A stretch of DNA of 64,000 bases from Nitrososphaerota archaeon (GCA_028867755.1 JAGWFT010000001.1:1156727-1220726), one strand, 5' to 3'. Counted from the first letter of the stretch, positions 48,285 to 57,787 are shown. The notes: generated by a model not told the origin, from the sequence alone. Translations and numbers: made by a program.

Positions 48285-49748
48285 CTAGCTCTTTGGAATG
48301 ACAAGATCAAGAAAGATCGTTTTTGTTACAATCCCATCAGATGCACTAATCCCTAGTGTATAGTTACCAGGAGGGGCAGAATAGTTTCTCAAAACAAGTT
48401 GCGCACCATGGCTAGAAGAAAGATCAATGGTATCAGGGGATAGTTTTACATCAATATTCTCAAACCCGGCATTAGAAACCATAGAGCTTGATGCATTTAG
48501 AAATACATGGTTTGTGCTGTAGGGACTCTGGCCTGTAATCTTTAGATTTACAGATACTTCTTTTGAGGCATCTGGGCTTAGGACAACTTTGTTTGTATCT
48601 GCAGATATGGAGAAAGGCACCTGCACATGTCCATCAATCTTTCCCATTTTATCAGTATTCCATTCAGAAAACCACAGTATCATGTTGTCACGAGGATCTG
48701 TGGCTATGTTAAGAGGATATGTCAGATAACCATCTTTGGGCCTAGATGGAATCTCATATTCTATCATGGTTTTGTTTACTGTATCAAAATATGCAACCTT
48801 GTTTCCTTCGTGTTCATTGAACCACAAACCTGTACCATTGTCAACACCTCTTATCCAAAATGGCAAAGTTGTCGCATGATACACATTTTGTGAGGTTGGA
48901 TATCGTATGACCTGGTTAGTCGCAAGGTCGTATTCTGTAAGGAAACTTGTGCCATGCTCTGTTAACCACATCGAATCACCGTTAACAATAACATCTGTCG
49001 GCGATGAAAGTTGTGTCTGGTTATCTATTGGAATTTCTTTTATTTTTGCAATTCTAGTCACAGTGCCATTTTCATGTTCTATATTATACTCAATAATCTT
49101 TTGAGTTGTTATCTCTGTTACCCATAACAAATCATTTTGTAAGAACAGTCCTGCCGGTGCAGTTTCATTTCCAGTGTCAAAGGCAGATGTTTGGTATCCA
49201 GTTTGTGCATTAGCATTTTTTTCTATGACATTTAAGGTATTTCCACTCAGTGTGGTATACCACACATTACCACTGCCTGAATCTACCTTCATTTGAAATG
49301 CAGACCCTGTTGCCGAAGAAATAGAGCGAAAACTGCCAGTAGTAGAGTCAAACCTCCAAACTGATTTAGTTCCTAGCGGTGAAAACCATATGATTCCATC
49401 TTTGTCTGAAACTACAGTCCACACCATAGTAGTATTCTGGCCAGGATTCTGGTACAAAGTATTACCATCTTTTATCTCATAACTTTTTAGCTGTTCTGAA
49501 TTTTGATCAAAGCTGTAAAGCAAATCAGATTTGGAAGATGTGACCCATACTGTTCCTTGTTTGTCTACAATCAGTCCGTTAGGCGCAGTATTATCAGGCA
49601 ATGAATATTCCTTCAGATATGGATTCTCACTTGGTGTTGTGTTTAGGACAGACTCAGTTTGTTGAATGTTTATTTTTTGTGATACAGCACATACCGCAAC
49701 AATACCAATTATTATTACCATTATTGCGACTCTTTTTTTAGATATCAA
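48285..49748 (-). CDS. Membrane-anchored Vgb (virginiamycin B lyase)-like beta-propeller with C-terminal Ig-like domain
   Basis: N-terminal TM; repeated P.GL..D..G.VW.T and EY..P blades; TEHG and NEHEG motifs. Confidence 0.8.
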   Translation of the reverse strand: MISKKRVAIMVIIIGIVAVCAVSQKINIQQTESVLNTTPSENPYLKEYSLPDNTAPNGLIVDKQGTVWVTSSKSDLLYSFDQNSEQLKSYEIKDGNTLYQNPGQNTTMVWTVVSDKDGIIWFSPLGTKSVWRFDSTTGSFRSISSATGSAFQMKVDSGSGNVWYTTLSGNTLNVIEKNANAQTGYQTSAFDTGNETAPAGLFLQNDLLWVTEITTQKIIEYNIEHENGTVTRIAKIKEIPIDNQTQLSSPTDVIVNGDSMWLTEHGTSFLTEYDLATNQVIRYPTSQNVYHATTLPFWIRGVDNGTGLWFNEHEGNKVAYFDTVNKTMIEYEIPSRPKDGYLTYPLNIATDPRDNMILWFSEWNTDKMGKIDGHVQVPFSISADTNKVVLSPDASKEVSVNLKITGQSPYSTNHVFLNASSSMVSNAGFENIDVKLSPDTIDLSSSHGAQLVLRNYSAPPGNYTLGISASDGIVTKTIFLDLVIPKS

Positions 49749-49874
49749 ATTGACATTCCTTGAAAATTCATATCATACTTTCTTTATTAGTGTCTCGAAG
49801 GTTCTGTTCTTGGTTCAAAGACAGGTACGAAAACATAGCCAAATATAATATACTAAAACTGCCTAACCCACACA

Positions 49875-50390
49875 GTGCAAAAAAAATATCTGCTTTTAGT
49901 AGTCTATTTTAGTTTCTTTGTAGGCCTTGTTACTTATGAGATAATGCATCCGCCGTTTAGTACAGATGCTGCAAAAGTTGGCAACTATCAAGTTGAGGTA
50001 TCCACAACTCCTTCGGTACCTGACATAGGAAAGGATACAAAGATTCACTTTCTAGTGTTAGACCAAAATGGTGCCCAAGTTGACAAAATTAGAATGGGTT
50101 TGCAGATCTATCATGATGATGAATTGACAAAAGAATTTCCGCCAGATAATTATCCGGGAATATGGGATGTGGATTATGTATTTCAAGAGCCTGGAAATCA
50201 CGTGTTTAGAATTACCCTTTTTGATATGCATACTGGTGATGTAAACTCGTATGCGTTTAACATAACAACACTTAGCTTGTACACATCAATTTTTGTAGTT
50301 TTAGTAATTGCCGGAGTTGGTGGAGCTTCTGGCATAGTCATAGCAATATGGATATTTGCCAAACGAACAAGACCAAGTTTTAGGTATTAA
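49875..50390 (+). CDS. Membrane protein with YtkA/FixH-like Ig domain
   Basis: TM, beta-rich domain (V..TPS.P..G...F.V.D; Y.F.EPG.H), TM. Confidence 0.6.
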   Translation: MQKKYLLLVVYFSFFVGLVTYEIMHPPFSTDAAKVGNYQVEVSTTPSVPDIGKDTKIHFLVLDQNGAQVDKIRMGLQIYHDDELTKEFPPDNYPGIWDVDYVFQEPGNHVFRITLFDMHTGDVNSYAFNITTLSLYTSIFVVLVIAGVGGASGIVIAIWIFAKRTRPSFRY

Positions 50391-50396
50391 TTAAAA

Positions 50397-50515
50397 GGCG
50401 TGGCCCCCTAATGTAGGACACTTGGAGATTACCTCCATTTGAACAACGCCTTTGCGTTTGGTTCGCACAATAGCTCCTACAGGGCCACGCTGCGTTAAGC
50501 CATTCTTAGTGGCTT
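50397..50515. ncRNA. Candidate structured non-coding RNA (five helices)
   Basis: GCGTGGCCC/GGGCCACGC, TGTAGGA/TCCTACA, TGGAG/CTCCA, GAAC-AACGC/GCGTT-GTTC, AAGCCA/TGGCTT; about 52% GC versus about 13% GC in the next 120 nt. Confidence 0.55.
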
Positions 50516-50711
50516 TACGAACATGTAGCATAATAAATTTCATCATATTTAAGAATTCATTTAAAAAAATATAAATTAAATTTTAATTGACTAATTTATT
50601 ATTAATATACTCTTAATTTTATCAAAATTTTATCGATTAACCTTACTTTTAGCCATAAGAGTTTGGCTCGGAGACAGATATGAGATACAACAAACTTTAG
50701 GCATCAGGATA

Positions 50712-50906
50712 CTACTCTAACATTGTCCAAAACCTAGAGTACCTAAAAAGACCGACCCATCCAGATATGAAAAATATTAACGATATCGCAAATAGGGTAT
50801 AGAGATCTCTTTTACGATGTGCAAGATCCATGTTGAGAAAAATAAACGCACCCATTCCAATTAATCCAAAAAATAGGAGCAATCTTCCAAACCTTTTCCA
50901 ATTCAA
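50712..50906 (-). CDS. Small 2-TM membrane protein
   Basis: Two hydrophobic helices. Confidence 0.55.
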   Translation of the reverse strand: MNWKRFGRLLLFFGLIGMGAFIFLNMDLAHRKRDLYTLFAISLIFFISGWVGLFRYSRFWTMLE

Positions 50907-51000
50907 TTACAGAACGAATAGTAACTCAGATATAAAATGGATCTGGCACCAAGCCAGAGACTAAACTATGAAATTAATTTAGAAAGTAAATTCAGTAAAG

Positions 51001-51456
51001 TTACACAATACCGCATTTTGTATAGTATTGCTGGTGGTATTCCTCTGCCTTGTAGAACTCGTGGGCTGGCAGTATCTGGGTTACAATCTTCTTTTTAATA
51101 TTTCCCGAATTTTGGAGTTGTTCTTTTGATTGTATTGCCTCTTTTTCTTGTCCCTGATCGTGGCAGAATATCACTGACCTGTACTGAGTGCCTACATCAG
51201 GGCCTTGTCTGTTCATCGAGGTAGGGTCATGAGAATTCCAGAAGACACCCAATAGATTAGCATATGATATAACAGAGGGATCAAACTCAACCTGTACCAC
51301 TTCGGCATGCCCGGTTTGGTCGGTGCAAACATCATCATAGGTGGGATTCTTCATGCTACCTCCCATGTATCCCACAGCTGTTGATGTCACGCCCTTGATC
51401 TTTTGGAATTCATGCTCAACGCACCAAAAACATCCAGCACCAAAAGTGGCTTTCAT
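51001..51456 (-). CDS. msrA: Peptide methionine sulfoxide reductase A
   Basis: GAGCFW, GHAEVV, RQGPDVGTQYRS, AEEYHQQY. Confidence 0.97.
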   Translation of the reverse strand: MKATFGAGCFWCVEHEFQKIKGVTSTAVGYMGGSMKNPTYDDVCTDQTGHAEVVQVEFDPSVISYANLLGVFWNSHDPTSMNRQGPDVGTQYRSVIFCHDQGQEKEAIQSKEQLQNSGNIKKKIVTQILPAHEFYKAEEYHQQYYTKCGIV

Positions 51457-51486
51457 AGATAGACTTTGCGACTACAGAATTAAATC

Positions 51487-52749
51487 CTATCGGAGAAGCG
51501 GATAAAACAATTGTGCAATATCACTGCCAGTAGTGTTTCCTTCAGACCATGCACAGATGCCAGATTTATCAACAGACAAGCTTTGACCCTGCGATTCAGG
51601 TATAGAGATTATTTTATTTGAATCAAGGAACTGAAGTGCTGCCTTAAAATCACTATCTTGGATATTTCCACTACACCAAAAACCTGTCAGATTTTTCACC
51701 CAAGAAGGAATTAGGATGTTTTCTTGGTGTAACGTTACAGAAAATGACCTTAAAACAGAATTTCCATCTTGGTTTGTTGCAGAACAAGTAACTGTTGTTG
51801 TACCAATAGGAAAGAGTGAGCCAGATGACGGAAAACAGTCTGGGCCTACTAGTCCTTGAAGTACAGTGAAATTAAGAAAATCTACACGAGTTCCAGTAGT
51901 ACTTGTAGTTTGAATAACAACATTACGAACATCAGGAGCATTTGACGGTGGTGCTACTGTCGGTGCAGCACTTTGGTAGTGTGTTCCAATTCTTACAAAT
52001 ATGCTTGATTCTGACGGTACTGGTTGTGAGTTATCTCCAAATGTAAATTCCAAAGTAGAGCCAATCTCAACTGGGAATCCGTCGATTGACCTTGGTATCT
52101 TAAAAGTTGCTGCAAATGTATCAGTATTTGCACCAGTCTCTCGCAGAGAGCCAGTGCCAATATCAAATGCAGGATCTGCAAGCGTGGTACTCACACCTTG
52201 CATATTGACTTGAACAAGGCTTAGTGGAATATCGTCTGGCACTTGAGAATCCAAATTATAATTTGGTGCATAAACTTGTAACGTGAAATACTGTCCTATG
52301 TTTGCACTCTGATCTGATGATTGTGCACCTGAATTTGATTGCTGGTACCCAGGGATGGAATTAGGTACGGAGCTAGGTATAGAATTGAGAACAACTGATT
52401 GTGTTATTGTTTGTGGATGCCCAGAATAATCCGCGCGTTGGTGATATGTCAAAAGCACTACATCCCCATCTTGTAGCGGGTTACCATTGACAGAAGAAGG
52501 CAGAGTGAGCTCAAGTTGAAACACACCAGTGTCAATGCCAGTCTCCACCATGTCAGAGGGGCCAGATATTGGAGTCCCATTAATAGTAAAATCAACTAAA
52601 CCATCTGTTGAGACAGTCATGACTCCCCTATGATCAGTAACCAGATTTTCATCTGTAATGTAAAATGTCAAAACAGAACCAGGAGTAGTTGGCTCTGCAT
52701 AACAAAGAGAGAGCGGTACAAAAAGCAGAGCGAGTGCAAGATATCTCAT
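51487..52749 (-). CDS. Secreted surface protein with S-layer-like segments, HYR-like domain and thaumarchaeal IPxW C-terminal domain
   Basis: Signal peptide from ATG 52749; ETG..TG.F and ETG.NT.TF motifs; FPIGTTTVTCSAT; IPSWVKN..FW..G.I.D.DF. Confidence 0.7.
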   Translation of the reverse strand: MRYLALALLFVPLSLCYAEPTTPGSVLTFYITDENLVTDHRGVMTVSTDGLVDFTINGTPISGPSDMVETGIDTGVFQLELTLPSSVNGNPLQDGDVVLLTYHQRADYSGHPQTITQSVVLNSIPSSVPNSIPGYQQSNSGAQSSDQSANIGQYFTLQVYAPNYNLDSQVPDDIPLSLVQVNMQGVSTTLADPAFDIGTGSLRETGANTDTFAATFKIPRSIDGFPVEIGSTLEFTFGDNSQPVPSESSIFVRIGTHYQSAAPTVAPPSNAPDVRNVVIQTTSTTGTRVDFLNFTVLQGLVGPDCFPSSGSLFPIGTTTVTCSATNQDGNSVLRSFSVTLHQENILIPSWVKNLTGFWCSGNIQDSDFKAALQFLDSNKIISIPESQGQSLSVDKSGICAWSEGNTTGSDIAQLFYPLLR

Positions 52750-52806
52750 GACATGAAATACATCTGCAGAAGTATAACTATGTCTCATAATGGTGTCTAT
52801 TGTCAT

Positions 52807-53313
52807 TTAACTATCACGGTTTGTGAGTTTTGTGATAAGCTTGGTTTTTGACTTGTTTGCAGGTTTTGGTTCATCCAAGAATCTTTTGGCGTTGATAATT
52901 ATCTTATTCAAAATAGGCCTTATCAATTTCATATCGTTTGGTGATAAACCCTTGTACAGTACTTTTCGTAATTGAAGAATTATTTCTATAATTGAATCAA
53001 CTATGGATTCAGATTTTTTTGTAAGGTACAGCCTGTTATGCCTTCTGTCATGTGGATCCGGCTTTCGTTCAAGTAGACCATTTTCTTCCATTTTGTCTAT
53101 TACAGGCACCAGAGTACTGCTATCAACATAGATTTTGTCTGCAAGTTCTCTTTGGCTTAGCCCATCAAAGAGGTTTAGCGCCAAAATAACCTTCCATTGG
53201 CTTGGCGTGAGCCCTAGTTTGGCCTTGATCTCATACTCTGCAACACCTTCCAATGATTTTGATGTAAGTAATATCAATGTGCCAATACTGTCTTTTAGAT
53301 CTAGTTTACGCAT
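52807..53313 (-). CDS. MarR family transcriptional regulator
   Basis: LSQRELA..D.STL..ID.ME..GL.ER..D..DRR...LYLT. Confidence 0.93.
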   Translation of the reverse strand: MRKLDLKDSIGTLILLTSKSLEGVAEYEIKAKLGLTPSQWKVILALNLFDGLSQRELADKIYVDSSTLVPVIDKMEENGLLERKPDPHDRRHNRLYLTKKSESIVDSIIEIILQLRKVLYKGLSPNDMKLIRPILNKIIINAKRFLDEPKPANKSKTKLITKLTNRDS

Positions 53314-53319
53314 GCTTTA

Positions 53320-53368
53320 TGTTATATCAAGTGTTATATTAAGTGGTATACAAACGATTTGTATACCA
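53320..53368. promoter_or_regulatory. Putative MarR operator: perfect 11-3-11 palindrome plus tandem 12-bp repeats
   Basis: TGGTATACAAA-CGA-TTTGTATACCA at 53344-53368; TGTTATATCAAG and TGTTATATTAAG at 53320-53343. Confidence 0.7.
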
Positions 53369-53486
53369 ACAAGTTATATACTCTCAAGTGGAACATAATT
53401 CATGAGAAACCCTCTGAGTCATGTCATCATTTCTGAAATGGTTGCAGCAGTAATTTTGCAGGATATCAATATACCAGCATTTCAGC

Positions 53487-54068
53487 ATGAAAACCCAACA
53501 ACGTCTGCATATGAGCCATATCATGCCAAAACATAATCCCACATTTAGATCAAGAAACATTATTTTCTTTTTGATAGCATTTGTTATACTGATTCCAAGT
53601 ATCCCACTATCTTATGCAGACCGTGTAATTGATGTCCAAACAGTGGCAAATGTAAAAGAGCAATCTTTGCTTTCAACAATATCAAATCTACAAAATTATC
53701 CACAAATCTTTCCTGACAATATCAAATCTGTCAAACTGTTGGACAACAAGACAAACCTAGTTGAGATGAATGCCGGTGTAAATGGTATTTTCTTTGATAC
53801 CCAAGCTGTGTATCAACAGACCCCAGATGGCAAGTACATAGTTCAGGTTGTATCAGGAGACCTCAAAGGAACCACGATGACAACAGAGCTAAACAAAACA
53901 TGGGGTTTTGATGGCTCGCCTGGAATGGGAACCAAGGCCAACATTAGTTTGGATTTGAAGACATCGGGTTTTCTCTCATGGATGCTAGGTTTTGTTCCAG
54001 ATGATTCACTTAATTACGCACTCCAAAATGGATTTAGCAAGTTCGTAGACTATGCACAACAGGACTAG
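53487..54068 (+). CDS. Secreted SRPBCC/polyketide-cyclase-like protein
   Basis: Hydrophobic signal; S.L.NYPQIFP..IKSV..L pattern. Confidence 0.55.
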   Translation: MKTQQRLHMSHIMPKHNPTFRSRNIIFFLIAFVILIPSIPLSYADRVIDVQTVANVKEQSLLSTISNLQNYPQIFPDNIKSVKLLDNKTNLVEMNAGVNGIFFDTQAVYQQTPDGKYIVQVVSGDLKGTTMTTELNKTWGFDGSPGMGTKANISLDLKTSGFLSWMLGFVPDDSLNYALQNGFSKFVDYAQQD

Positions 54069-54078
54069 AGTCTAGTAA

Positions 54079-54579
54079 TCAGCTAGCTTTGTGTAGTTTT
54101 GGCTTTAGTTTGGAATTTTTTTTCAAAAGTTCTAGGGCAAGCGCTTTGTTGTTTAATGCAATATCGTATTTTTTGTCAATTTTAAGAGCAGAGTTGAAAC
54201 ACTTGATGGCATCTTTTAGCAACCCAAGTTCGCCAAGTGACAGTCCCTTGTATGCAATTGCCATTGCATATTTTGGTTGAATTTTGAGTACTTTGTCATA
54301 GCAATCAATTGCATCGTAATGCTTGCCCATAGTATGCAGTGCAGAGCCTTTATTCACAAGTGCATCCACATTTTTAGTGTCTATTTCAAGGGCCAGATCA
54401 TAGCATTTGACTGACTGTTTTACTTTGCCCAGATTTTGGAGTGTGACTCCTTTATTTATCAAGGCAGATATATTGCCAGGTTCCTTGTACAGGACAAGAT
54501 CATAGTATTCTAATGCAAGCGTATACTCGCCTTCTTCACACAATTCATAGGCATCGTTTAGAAGAGAGGAATGGCGCAT
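54079..54579 (-). CDS. TPR-repeat protein
   Basis: About 4 TPRs (AL.NKG..L..LG....AI.C.D.AL). Confidence 0.9.
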   Translation of the reverse strand: MRHSSLLNDAYELCEEGEYTLALEYYDLVLYKEPGNISALINKGVTLQNLGKVKQSVKCYDLALEIDTKNVDALVNKGSALHTMGKHYDAIDCYDKVLKIQPKYAMAIAYKGLSLGELGLLKDAIKCFNSALKIDKKYDIALNNKALALELLKKNSKLKPKLHKAS

Positions 54580-54741
54580 CTTTTCGTACTATAAAATATC
54601 AAGATAATTATTCTTTTAGTTGGATTACATACGTTACCATTGTCTAATCTCTAGAATTATTCGTAAAACAAGTCAATTTGGTAAAACCAATGAAGGAAAA
54701 TCCCAAATTCACAACAGTCTTTAAGGGACTTTTAGTGCGAG

Positions 54742-55389
54742 ATGCTAATGCCTACGATAGTCTTTGATTTTGATGGTACCATAGCAGACACCATGTCTGT
54801 CGTGATAAAAATAGCCAACAAGTTTTCTGACCATTATGGATATCGCAAGATACCTCTAAGTGATCTTCCAAAACTTCGAGAAAAAAGACCTAGTGAGGTA
54901 TTAAAGCACTTGGGAATCTCAATTTTTAAACTTCCCATTGTTGTAAGAAAAATAAGATTTGAAATGAATAAAGAAATAGTCCACCTGCAGACTGCCATAG
55001 AAATCAAGGACACTCTTTTAAATCTCAAAAAAAATGGATGTGTGCTTGGAATATTGACTACAAATTCAAGGGAAAATGTAACAGAATTTTTGAAAAATAA
55101 CGATCTTCAATTGTTTGATTTTGTCTATACAGGAAGAGCTGTATATGGCAAGGCAAGACTGCTCAAAAAATTGATGAAAGAAAAAACAATCCCACACAAA
55201 GATCCGATTTATGTCGGAGATGAGATAAGAGATGTAGAGGCAGCAAAAAAGGCCGGAATCAGAGTAATTGGGGTGGCATGGGGATACAACACAAAAGCGG
55301 CTCTCCAAAAGGCAAATCCCGATTATATTGTAGAAAAACCAGAAGAACTTCAGGAGATTATTTTAAACAATAGCCAGCCTCAGACCTAG
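54742..55389 (+). CDS. HAD-superfamily hydrolase (phosphoglycolate phosphatase-like)
   Basis: FDFDGTIAD, LTTN, K, YVGDEIRD..AA. Confidence 0.92.
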   Translation: MLMPTIVFDFDGTIADTMSVVIKIANKFSDHYGYRKIPLSDLPKLREKRPSEVLKHLGISIFKLPIVVRKIRFEMNKEIVHLQTAIEIKDTLLNLKKNGCVLGILTTNSRENVTEFLKNNDLQLFDFVYTGRAVYGKARLLKKLMKEKTIPHKDPIYVGDEIRDVEAAKKAGIRVIGVAWGYNTKAALQKANPDYIVEKPEELQEIILNNSQPQT

Positions 55390-55431
55390 GGCACAGGTTT
55401 TTAGAGACACTGGGGGCATCACGTAATTAAA

Positions 55432-55635
55432 TTGAGTTTGGATGTAACGAAGGAAGAAAAAAATGCACTTACCCCAGATTCAGGATTTAACCTATGCGGG
55501 ATTGACTATTTTGAGCCACTTGGAAGGAGGCTTTACCTCATAGAGCGTTACGAACGATACCAAGACGCACTCAAGGCAAAACAAGAAAGAGAAAATCCTA
55601 ATGAATATCTCATTCTTTACAAAGGGGCTCCGTGA
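55432..55635 (+). CDS. Hypothetical protein
   Basis: 67-aa ORF in a same-strand run. Confidence 0.6.
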   Translation: MSLDVTKEEKNALTPDSGFNLCGIDYFEPLGRRLYLIERYERYQDALKAKQERENPNEYLILYKGAP

Positions 55636-55682
55636 TTTGAAAATTATCATACTATCAATGAATTGATTTAATACTAAATTAC

Positions 55683-55985
55683 TTGGATTGGGATTTTGTG
55701 TCGTTGAGTCCTGAGTTTAAAAAATATCTGGAAGAAACAATTCATGGCATAATAGTTGGAATCCCTGCACTGAAAAAAGAATATCCAAAGTTCAAAAATG
55801 ACTGGAAGTTTGATAGCGAGTTTGATTTCTTGTACGGATGCATAGTTGGACAAATACTTGGAGCAAGCCTAACTGCTTTTAAAATTATTCATAATCGGGA
55901 AGCAAAGTCAGATGAAATTTTATCGATTGGTGAGCTGGTAGAATCATATTTTCCATTGATTCGCGATGAGATACAAAGTGTTTGA
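55683..55985 (+). CDS. Hypothetical protein
   Basis: 100-aa helical-looking ORF. Confidence 0.7.
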   Translation: MDWDFVSLSPEFKKYLEETIHGIIVGIPALKKEYPKFKNDWKFDSEFDFLYGCIVGQILGASLTAFKIIHNREAKSDEILSIGELVESYFPLIRDEIQSV

Positions 55986-56022
55986 TTTGTTTTATGATTT
56001 TAATTATGATTTGATTTAATTT

Positions 56023-56286
56023 CTATTTGCCTTTTTTAGGTTCTGGTTTTTTGTGCATCTCCTTGAAGATTCGTACTGCTTCAAGGTGCGAACAATTTGC
56101 CTTTAGTCCCTTACCATGATGAAATTTGTAAAAATTCTTGAATCCTTCGCATTCACAGGTTTCTGAAGTTACAAAATAAGACTTGGTAGGGTCACTTGAT
56201 GATTTTATCTGATAGAGATCGTCTTCTATTTTGACTACGCCGTCCTTAGCTAATGCCTTTGCTTTTTTTATCGTGTTTGCACTCAT
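56023..56286 (-). CDS. SWIM zinc-finger protein
   Basis: CxC...CxH (CECEGF..ANCSH). Confidence 0.75.
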   Translation of the reverse strand: MSANTIKKAKALAKDGVVKIEDDLYQIKSSSDPTKSYFVTSETCECEGFKNFYKFHHGKGLKANCSHLEAVRIFKEMHKKPEPKKGK

Positions 56287-56371
56287 GTTTTAGCAGTTAT
56301 AGTTACTTGTTAAAAAACACTTGAAAACCGTAGTATAATTGCAGTTCAGATTATTTACGCACTGACTAGTC

Positions 56372-56611
56372 TTAACACTGTGCAAGAAGAATTAGTGTAG
56401 AGCGTACCCCATCTATTCTTCTGATCTTTTCAGAAACTGTACTGTTGATTTCATCTATTGTTTTAGACTCTATTTCTGCCACTATATCATAATGACCTTC
56501 AGTGCCTCGCGCTTCCTTTACTCTGTCTACAGATTTCAACTCTTCAAGTACTTGTTCTTCTTGTCCATAATCACATGCGATCATAACATACGCGGTTGTC
56601 ATGGCATTCAT
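56372..56611 (-). CDS. Stand-alone Lrp/AsnC ligand-binding (RAM) domain protein
   Basis: AYV.I..V.E....G.YDIVA....I..I.GV.ST..L. Confidence 0.88.
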   Translation of the reverse strand: MNAMTTAYVMIACDYGQEEQVLEELKSVDRVKEARGTEGHYDIVAEIESKTIDEINSTVSEKIRRIDGVRSTLILLAQC

Positions 56612-56734
56612 ACAGCATCATAATATTTCAAGGAGTCTGTGCAAACATTATCAGTATAGAAAAACACGATTGAAAGCTATCTTGGTTCACAATACCTAAC
56701 CTTTTATGGTAATAAGATAATCATTAGACTTGCA

Positions 56735-56932
56735 ATGAAGAGCGATGATGATGATGAGTCTGAGATCATGAAAGGCATGTTCGAAGAGATAATGAAGATG
56801 ATTCGCCAAAAACAGATCAAAGTTGAATCCATCGTACAAAAGGCCGCAGAGCATGACATGATTTCTCAGGAGTCACTTGGTAGGATTTACAAAACACTTG
56901 ACGAATACGGCAAGAAAAAACAATGGATGTAA
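56735..56932 (+). CDS. Small hypothetical protein
   Basis: 65-aa ORF. Confidence 0.6.
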   Translation: MKSDDDDESEIMKGMFEEIMKMIRQKQIKVESIVQKAAEHDMISQESLGRIYKTLDEYGKKKQWM

Positions 56933-56979
56933 TTTAATACAAGGAATTAAGATTCATGTTTTTTGATCGCCTAATACGA

Positions 56980-57342
56980 TCACAGTTTCATGTTAAGACT
57001 TTTTATCTTCTTAATTATTGCATTATGGTTTGAATTGGGCTCTGTTGACAATATAAGCAGACCATCATCTAAAAAGAGAGTAATCAATTTCACTTTTTCC
57101 TTGGATGTTATCATCCAGTTTGTCTTGCCTAGCGCTTCGTTAAACATGTCTTCCCATGAGGCTTTCATAGAGGCTTGATAATGTGCCATGCTGCTTAGTT
57201 CTTCATCAAGTAGTGGTGTAGCATTTGCACTTCTAGCAAAAGAGATCAGCTTCCTATCCTTTATCCTACCTACAAAACGAACAGAGTTGTCTAGTCCTAA
57301 GATCTGTGTGCACGAATCTATCTGCTTGAAGCTTTGAGTCAA
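56980..57342 (-). CDS. Roadblock/profilin-like (DUF6659-like) protein
   Basis: I..LD..VRFVG.I...; LG...W......KV..IT pattern. Confidence 0.65.
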   Translation of the reverse strand: MTQSFKQIDSCTQILGLDNSVRFVGRIKDRKLISFARSANATPLLDEELSSMAHYQASMKASWEDMFNEALGKTNWMITSKEKVKLITLFLDDGLLILSTEPNSNHNAIIKKIKSLNMKL

Positions 57343-57432
57343 TTCTTAACGTGGCATTTTAGAAAAGGAAATTTAATTCTATTGCATGATTGTAGTTATA
57401 TAGGCCTTGATCGCAATCAGTTAAAAATTATG

Positions 57433-57639
57433 TTATGTCCATAGTTTTGGATCTTTTTTCCAGATGCGAACGCCATCAACAAAAACCTGTTTTTCCTCTT
57501 CAAATACAGTATGCCACTTGCCATCATGGGGAAACATGGTGTTCATTTCCTTGACTTTTTTGTTGGTTGGAGCAGTATTCATTAGTGCCCCCCATCGCAT
57601 GTTTGGAATTTTTGGCATTATCTCATTTATGTCGCGCAT
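57433..57639 (-). CDS. Small hypothetical protein
   Basis: 68-aa ORF (MPKIPNMRWGALMN..WHTV). Confidence 0.7.
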   Translation of the reverse strand: MRDINEIMPKIPNMRWGALMNTAPTNKKVKEMNTMFPHDGKWHTVFEEEKQVFVDGVRIWKKDPKLWT

Positions 57640-57787
57640 GTCTTTGCTATTTCCAGGCTTCCTTTAATTGCTATCTGATGCATATACACATTAGTGAAAT
57701 AAAAAATTGACCAAGATATTGTCCTATTTTTATAAATTCCAGTTTTTACATGCAGATCTTTATTACTTTGATTGACGAATTATATTT

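Noticed and set aside
48285-49748. Virginiamycin resistance gene
   Set aside because: Only the generic propeller fold is supported; the membrane anchor and extra Ig domain argue for another role.
50440-50470. Resemblance of minus-strand GCGAACC..ACGCAAAG to the c-di-GMP-I riboswitch
   Set aside because: The GNRA-capped P2 helix that separates these motifs in that family is absent.
56964-56982. TGATCG-N7-CGATCA inverted repeat
   Set aside because: A short stem between convergent gene ends, consistent with chance or an ordinary terminator.
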